Shown: positions 58,371 through 64,000 of the stretch, in pieces
Numbering within the stretch: position 1 is the stretch's first letter
How the letters are laid out: each line of letters begins with the position of its first letter
Assembly (NCBI GenBank): GCA_021780535.1
Contig: JAJXYN010000012.1
Location: 5,688 to 69,687, forward strand
Direction of reading: 5' to 3'
DNA: 64,000 nucleotides
Source: a bacterium
GTDB taxonomy: Bacteria > Patescibacteriota > Patescibacteriia > JAGPKW01
Notes under the pieces: generated by a model
The model's input: only the letters and a program-made list of their open reading frames with translations
Told to the model about the DNA's origin: nothing
Databases searched by the model: none
Program-made: the position numbers and the translations under genes

Positions 58371-59726
58371 TTGCTAATTATTTATTTTATGTTTTTAATC
58401 TTGTTGTTTTTATTATGTAGTGGTGGATTTTTTTGGATGTATTTTTTTTATAAAAAAAATAAATTTTCTTTTGATAATTTATTTTTTGGTTTGTGGTTTT
58501 TATTTGTTGCTGTTGCTCAATTGAGATTAAGTCCTCTTGAGTCTGTTTTTGGTCCTAGTTTTTGGATTGCTATTGGTATTTTTTCTTTGTTTTTTTATTT
58601 GGTTTATAATTTGGTGAGAATAAAATTAAATAAAAAAATACCAGAAAATGAACATAAAATAGATATAGATGAAAATTTTTTTCTTATAGTATTAAGTATT
58701 ATGTTTGTTGTTAGTATTATTGCTAATTTGTATATATTTTTTAAATTTGGCACTATGCCTATATTTGCTACCGCTCCTGATAGAATGAGATTTGTGATTA
58801 ATAAAGAAACTTTTGGACTTATACAATATGCAGCCTTTTTACCTAGAATTTTTATACCATTTTCTTTTATATTTTTGTTTAAAAAGGGTGAAATTATTAA
58901 ATTATGGAAGAAAATTTTTGTTATATTGATGATATTTTTTGGTTTTTTGATTTTACTTATGTATGCTTCTCGTGTTGTTATATTGTTTCCGATAATAATT
59001 TCGTTTTTTTCTTATTTGGTTTTGAAAATAAAAGATATTAAATTAAAGCAAATTGTTATTTCTTCTTTTATTGTCGTTTTTTCTGTTTTGTTTTTGTCTG
59101 TTGTTATCCCTGTTTTTAGACAATATATAACATATAAAGATTATTATGGTAAGGTTTATAATGCAAAAACTGGAGAATTTGATTTAGAATCTGCGCCATT
59201 TAATTATATTTTGGATATATCAAAAATAAATATTCCAAAAAAGTTTAATTTATTAGTTCCTTTATATATTGTGCCTAGTTTTAATTTGCAAACCTTTTAT
59301 CACGCTACTAATTATTTTGGTGGATCTCATGATTTTTATTATGGAAAATATTTGGCATCTATTTCGGATTCTTTTGTTAAGAGATTTGGTGTTAAGTTTT
59401 TTGATATAAATATTAAATGGGGAGATATATTTTTGCCTTGGTGGAATACTGGTACTTTTTTATTTGATTTTTGGGCGGATTTTGGATATTTTGGTATGAT
59501 ATTTGCTGCTATTATTTTTGGATCTATTTTCGCTTCTATTTATGTTTTTGCAACTAAAAAAAATAATCTTATATTTACTTTGCTTTTTGCTTATTTCAAT
59601 TTTTTTATAGTGATGAGTATTTATACAAATTATATTAGAAGGGAAGAACTTTATGTTGATATAGCTTTAATGTTTGCACTACATTTTACATTTTATTTTT
59701 ATGGAAAGAAGAAAACAAAGAAATAA
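58371..59726 (+). CDS. wzy: Wzy-like oligosaccharide repeat-unit polymerase
   Basis: Multi-TM, WNTGTFL..FWADFG motif, within the wzx/GT cluster; start may be ATG 58389. Confidence 0.75.
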   Translation: MLIIYFMFLILLFLLCSGGFFWMYFFYKKNKFSFDNLFFGLWFLFVAVAQLRLSPLESVFGPSFWIAIGIFSLFFYLVYNLVRIKLNKKIPENEHKIDIDENFFLIVLSIMFVVSIIANLYIFFKFGTMPIFATAPDRMRFVINKETFGLIQYAAFLPRIFIPFSFIFLFKKGEIIKLWKKIFVILMIFFGFLILLMYASRVVILFPIIISFFSYLVLKIKDIKLKQIVISSFIVVFSVLFLSVVIPVFRQYITYKDYYGKVYNAKTGEFDLESAPFNYILDISKINIPKKFNLLVPLYIVPSFNLQTFYHATNYFGGSHDFYYGKYLASISDSFVKRFGVKFFDINIKWGDIFLPWWNTGTFLFDFWADFGYFGMIFAAIIFGSIFASIYVFATKKNNLIFTLLFAYFNFFIVMSIYTNYIRREELYVDIALMFALHFTFYFYGKKKTKK

Positions 59727-59769
59727 TTAAAATAAAAAATAGGAAGCCACATACATAGCTTCCTGTTTT

Positions 59770-60426
59770 TTATTTACCAAAATTTCTTTGCTGATCATCA
59801 AAAAAATTCATTGCTTCTTCTAAGTCTTGTTTGTTGAAGTCTGGCCAGAATTTGTTTGTAAAATATATTTCTGAATAACTTGATTGCCATAATAAGAAAT
59901 TTGATAATCTTTTATTACCGCCAGTTCTTATTATAAGGTCTGGTTCTAAATTTGAATCTAAGTTTTTTGAAATATTTTCTTCTGTTATTTTTTCATTTTT
60001 TTCTTGTAATTTTTTTACCGACCTTACTATTTCATTTCTTCCACCATATGCTATGCATATTTGTAATAATATTTTATTACAATCTTTTGTATATTCTTCT
60101 AAATCTAAAAGAGCTTTTTTTGAGTCATCTCTTATTTTTGATATTTCTCCTAATATTTTTAATCTAATATTTTCTTTTATAAACTTATTTTTATTTTTAA
60201 TCGCAAAATTTGTCATTAAATCAAAAATATTTTTTAATTCATCTTTTTCTCTTTGTAAATTTTCTGTTGATAGAGCATATAGAGTTAATGTTTTTAATCC
60301 AAGTTCTGATGCCCAAAGTATTATGTTTTCTACATTTTCTATACCTTTTTTATGTCCTAATAATTTTTGAAGATTATTTTCTTTTGCCCAACGTCTATTG
60401 CCATCCATTATTATTGCTATATGCAT
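59770..60426 (-). CDS. uppS: undecaprenyl diphosphate synthase
   Basis: HIAIIMDGNRRWAK, STEN, YGGRNEI, PDLIIRTGG..RLSNFLLWQ. Confidence 0.97.
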   Translation of the reverse strand: MHIAIIMDGNRRWAKENNLQKLLGHKKGIENVENIILWASELGLKTLTLYALSTENLQREKDELKNIFDLMTNFAIKNKNKFIKENIRLKILGEISKIRDDSKKALLDLEEYTKDCNKILLQICIAYGGRNEIVRSVKKLQEKNEKITEENISKNLDSNLEPDLIIRTGGNKRLSNFLLWQSSYSEIYFTNKFWPDFNKQDLEEAMNFFDDQQRNFGK

Positions 60427-60561
60427 AATAAAATATTAATTATTAACTTTATTATATTCTATTAGAAAATTTATCTTATTGCAAAAGTTCCATAAAAATT
60501 ATAATATATTTGAACAACTTGATTTTGTCTGATTTTATACCTAACACCAGGAGGTGTATTT

Positions 60562-62388
60562 ATGCGTTTTGAAAAAAGTTTTTTTGCTGAGATTTTTAAT
60601 TCCATTAGGTTTAGAATAGTTTTATTAAACTTGCTTATTGGTTTTTTTGTTGCTATTAGTGTTGGATTTGCTCTTTACTTAAAAACAAATCTATCACTAT
60701 CAGAATCATCTGTTGATGACTTAAAAATAAATGCAAATGTAGCTTTCGATTATTTTAATAAAACATATTTAGGTGCTTGGCATATTGCAGATAATAAACT
60801 TTATAAAGGAGATGTTGAAATTAATTCTGATTTTAATGATTCTTTGGATTTTATCGTTTCAAAAAACGCCTTCAATGGTTATGTGACAGCTGTTTTTTTA
60901 AATGATACTTGTGCATCAACTACCATTTCAGATGAAAATGGTAAGAAAACTATTGGCATTAAAGTTGATCAGGATACGGTTACTAATGTTATCAAAAATG
61001 GTCAAAATTATTATACAATAATAAAACTTTTTAATGATAATTGTTATGCGGCTTATTTACCAATAAAAGATGAAAACAATAACAATATTGGTATGTTCTT
61101 TTTTGGTGAACCAGAAAAAGGGACTAGTGATTTGATTTTGTCTATTGTGCTACTTGTTGTTATAGTTTTACTTTTTGTTTTTGTTATTTCTTTTATTCTT
61201 AGTTTTATAATTGCCTCTAGAATTGTTAAACCAATTAACGAGGTTAATAAGGTTCTTTCTTTAATAGTAAAGGGAGACGGGGATTTGAGTATTAAAATAA
61301 ATTCAAACTATAAAGGTGAGGTTGGTGAGCTTTCTAATAATTTCAATTCTTTTATTGGTAGGCTTGGTGATATTATATTAAAAATCAGAGGAGTTTCTTC
61401 TGATTCTAAAACTTTTGGTGATGAGTTATCTGCTAGCTCTTATGAATCTTCTGCAGCTTTAAGAGAGATGTCTGCTAGTATTAAATCTATAGATGTTTCT
61501 TCTAGAAAGCTAGAAAATACTATTAATGAAGAAGTTAATATGCCAATTCTTGGTATTAATAATCACATGAAGAGTGTTTCTGACCAAAATGCTTCACAAT
61601 TAGTTGCTATTAACCAAACGCTAGCTTCTGTATCCCAGATGATCTCTAAGTTATCTGGTCTAGTTACTCTTAATAATGAAAAAATGTTTTTTATAGAAGA
61701 TATGGTTAAAGCAGCTGAGATGGGTAAAACCGAAATGGTATCATTGGTAAAAGCTAATAGTGATATTTCTGCTGATATTGTGAAAATAAACGAGGCTAAT
61801 GGACTTATTGAAAAAATATCATCTCAGATAAGTTTACTTGCTATGAATGCTGCTATTGAGGCTTCTCATGCTGGTAATGCTGGTAAGGGATTTGCTGTTG
61901 TTGCTAAGGAAATGACAAATTTAGCAGTATCTTCACAAGATGGTGTTAAAAAGATTAGTGATCTTACAAAACAAATTCTTGCTAGTGTGAAAGTTGGAAA
62001 TGATAAAACATTGAAGGCTAATTCCGTTATTGGAGAACTTTTGAAGGGTATATCGGAAATAGTTACCTTAATGAAGTATTTTCATGAGAGTCTTAACCAA
62101 ATTTCTTCTGGAATTGATCAAGTGAATAAAGTAACGGAAAATGTTGTTTCTATTTCTAAAATAGTTGCTGACTCAATTGTTGAAATAGAGGGTAAAATTG
62201 CTACTGTTACTAATGGTTCTGATAGAGTAGTATCTCTTTCAAGGGAGGTGTCTCAAGGTATATCGGAGATATCTATCGGAATTAATGAAAACAATGAAGC
62301 TGTTCTACAAATTGCTGATGCTAGTCGAAAGAATGCTGATAATATAGATATTTTGGATAGGGAACTATCTGTTTTTAAAACGATTTAG
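60562..62388 (+). CDS. methyl-accepting chemotaxis protein (Cache sensor, HAMP, signalling domain)
   Basis: Two TM segments, HAMP (GDGDLS..GEVGELSNNFN), tip LLAMNAAIEASHAGNAGKGFAVVAKE; SD AGGAGGTG. Confidence 0.93.
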   Translation: MRFEKSFFAEIFNSIRFRIVLLNLLIGFFVAISVGFALYLKTNLSLSESSVDDLKINANVAFDYFNKTYLGAWHIADNKLYKGDVEINSDFNDSLDFIVSKNAFNGYVTAVFLNDTCASTTISDENGKKTIGIKVDQDTVTNVIKNGQNYYTIIKLFNDNCYAAYLPIKDENNNNIGMFFFGEPEKGTSDLILSIVLLVVIVLLFVFVISFILSFIIASRIVKPINEVNKVLSLIVKGDGDLSIKINSNYKGEVGELSNNFNSFIGRLGDIILKIRGVSSDSKTFGDELSASSYESSAALREMSASIKSIDVSSRKLENTINEEVNMPILGINNHMKSVSDQNASQLVAINQTLASVSQMISKLSGLVTLNNEKMFFIEDMVKAAEMGKTEMVSLVKANSDISADIVKINEANGLIEKISSQISLLAMNAAIEASHAGNAGKGFAVVAKEMTNLAVSSQDGVKKISDLTKQILASVKVGNDKTLKANSVIGELLKGISEIVTLMKYFHESLNQISSGIDQVNKVTENVVSISKIVADSIVEIEGKIATVTNGSDRVVSLSREVSQGISEISIGINENNEAVLQIADASRKNADNIDILDRELSVFKTI

Positions 62389-62620
62389 ATTTTTACCGCT
62401 CACTTTGTGAGTGGTATTATTTTTGGTAAAACAAAAGCAGAAAATATGTTTCAATTTTCTGCTTTTATAACCCTCTAAAATAAGAGGAGCCAATGTCGCG
62501 TTGGCTTTTATAATATATCAATAATAATAATTGTTGTGAAGATTATAATCATGTGCGAAATCTTTACAAAATAATATTTTGATAGTATAATGTTTATCGT
62601 TATTGGAGCACAATAATTAT

Positions 62621-62695
62621 TGGGGAATCGCCAAGTGGTAAGGCTCCGGCCTTTGGAGCCGGCATGCGTAGGTCCGAATCCTACTTCCCCAGCCA
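62621..62695 (+). tRNA. tRNA-Gln(TTG)
   Basis: TGGGGAATCGCCAAGTGGTAAGGC-T-CCGGC-CTTTGGA-GCCGG...TTCCCCAGCCA; promoter TTTACA-17-TATAAT. Confidence 0.96.
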
Positions 62696-62825
62696 TCCTT
62701 CGCATAGCTACGGCTGGCGATGCCAATTTGAGAGATAGACCGTGATGGGTCTATTTTTTGTTGCAAATAGAATGTTTTTGGAAATAAAAAATAACTCTAG
62801 TTTTTTTGTTAGAGTTATTTTTTAT

Positions 62826-64000
62826 TTATTTTTCGATATAAATCACTTCATTTTCTATTTTTATATCGAATTTTTTCGCTAAATCTTTATGTTCTAATAA
62901 TTTTGAAGAAAATTTATTTGTATGTGCTTTTATTTCTATTCTTTCTTGATTTGATTCTTTCAATATTTTTTTAACTTGTTCAACTATATTTTTCATAAAA
63001 GATACTACTAAACTCCCAGCTTTATCTCTATATTCTTCTTCTACTGCTAAATCATGAATATATATACATTTTTCTTGTGTTTTTGTGTTAATTGCTGGAT
63101 AAGCCAAAGCATATCCTCTTAAAATTCCTTTTTTATCAAAATAACCAACATTCAAATTATCTATATTATTTTTTATAAAAGAATAATGACTTCCTATTAA
63201 TAAATTTTGCATTGCAACACCGCCTTCTTTTTCATGACTCTGGTGTATTTCATCTTCAAGGTACATACAAGGAATAGAATCTAAATAATCTATAGAAAAA
63301 ACGCCATTTTGTCTTATCTGTTTTTGCTTTTCTTTAGAATTATCAATAACATCTATTCTATGAGATTTTCCATTATGATTATCTATATAAGAAAGTAACG
63401 TTGATGGAATAAAATTATTGTCTGCATCATCTTTACTGCCAAGCCAACTATCTATACTAGAGTCATTCAAAGATGTTTTACCAACTATAAAATAATCTTG
63501 ATTTATATGAAGGTTTTGTTTTGTAAGTTCTTTGAACGCTTCTATATATATTTCTCCAAGATGAGAATCTTTTAGAACTATTTTATCTCTAAAGTTTTTA
63601 TTTCCTTCAATATTATCAAAACAAATAATAGGTTTTGTATTTGCGTAAAATCTTTCAAGAAAATCTTTACCTAGTTTTTCTGATAAATTTCCATTTTTTA
63701 CGCCTTCTTTTATTTTATTTAATATTTCTTTATCTTTTACATCATAATCTATAGTAACGAGAGATTGAAATATAACATTTCTTCTTGTTTTGCCAATATC
63801 TTGTTCTTCAAATGATACAGAAAATTGAAAACAACTTGGATTAAAATTATATAAGGTTCTTTTACCATCAGAAAACGAATCGCAAGATCCGGTATCATTA
63901 CCAACTGTAGCTCTTCTATAGTCATCAAATCTTAAAAACTTACCAACTATATTTAAATTACTTCCTATATTTGAAAAATCTTGTAATCTATCAATTTCTT
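62826..64000 (-). CDS. large hypothetical protein, 5'-truncated by the window edge; C-terminal GNAT-like segment
   Basis: Manual translation finds no stop from 63470 to 64000 (…GNDTGSCDS…CFDNIEG…); C-terminus has LRGYALAY...IYIHDLAVEEEYR. Confidence 0.8.
   Translation of the reverse strand, partial: EIDRLQDFSNIGSNLNIVGKFLRFDDYRRATVGNDTGSCDSFSDGKRTLYNFNPSCFQFSVSFEEQDIGKTRRNVIFQSLVTIDYDVKDKEILNKIKEGVKNGNLSEKLGKDFLERFYANTKPIICFDNIEGNKNFRDKIVLKDSHLGEIYIEAFKELTKQNLHINQDYFIVGKTSLNDSSIDSWLGSKDDADNNFIPSTLLSYIDNHNGKSHRIDVIDNSKEKQKQIRQNGVFSIDYLDSIPCMYLEDEIHQSHEKEGGVAMQNLLIGSHYSFIKNNIDNLNVGYFDKKGILRGYALAYPAINTKTQEKCIYIHDLAVEEEYRDKAGSLVVSFMKNIVEQVKKILKESNQERIEIKAHTNKFSSKLLEHKDLAKKFDIKIENEVIYIEK

Noticed and set aside
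1126-62726. Short overlapping ORFs in the track (e.g. 1126..1308, 16594..16785, 21474..21872, 48041..48289, 62508..62726)
   Set aside because: They are antisense or out-of-frame shadows of well-supported genes or tRNAs, with no RBS or recognisable motifs.
1-64000. Alternative genetic code (UGA read as Gly or Trp)
   Set aside because: Conserved genes are full-length under code 11, TGA ends rlpA and rplT at expected positions, and tRNA-Trp has a CCA anticodon.

Overview
Very AT-rich (roughly 25% GC by eye) bacterial chromosome segment read with genetic code 11. Gene content and style suggest a Patescibacteria/CPR (Parcubacteria-like) genome; this is an inference. The core is housekeeping: gltX, uvrB, rnj, secG, ftsEX, murG, secA, alpha-2-macroglobulin/pbpC, rplU, recR-ybaB, dnaB, dnaX, trmD, rpsP, greA, CIRCE-hrcA-grpE-hsp20-dnaK-dnaJ, infC-rpmI-rplT, ssrA-smpB, argS, holB, a wzx/GT/wzy cluster and uppS, plus 7 conventional tRNAs. 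Most notable: (1) a separately transcribed tRNA-Thr-like RNA (1005-1163) whose anticodon loop is replaced by a 93-nt structured domain exposing an anti-Shine-Dalgarno motif (CCCUCCUUUU); (2) a second ~143-nt structured RNA (48775-48917) with a UCCUCCUCCU loop that shares the 13-mer GAAGAAYCCTCCT with the first; (3) core genes lack a GGAG Shine-Dalgarno, whereas ten interspersed single-gene islets (including an uncalled 58%-GC 45-aa ORF and an orphan chemoreceptor) carry strong SDs, mostly with their own promoter and terminator. Together these suggest a candidate anti-SD RNA system acting on SD-led, foreign-looking genes; this is a hypothesis only. Also seen: a tmRNA apparently lacking pseudoknot 1 with a 27-residue tag, a three-copy hairpin family with compensatory changes, and unusual tRNAs.
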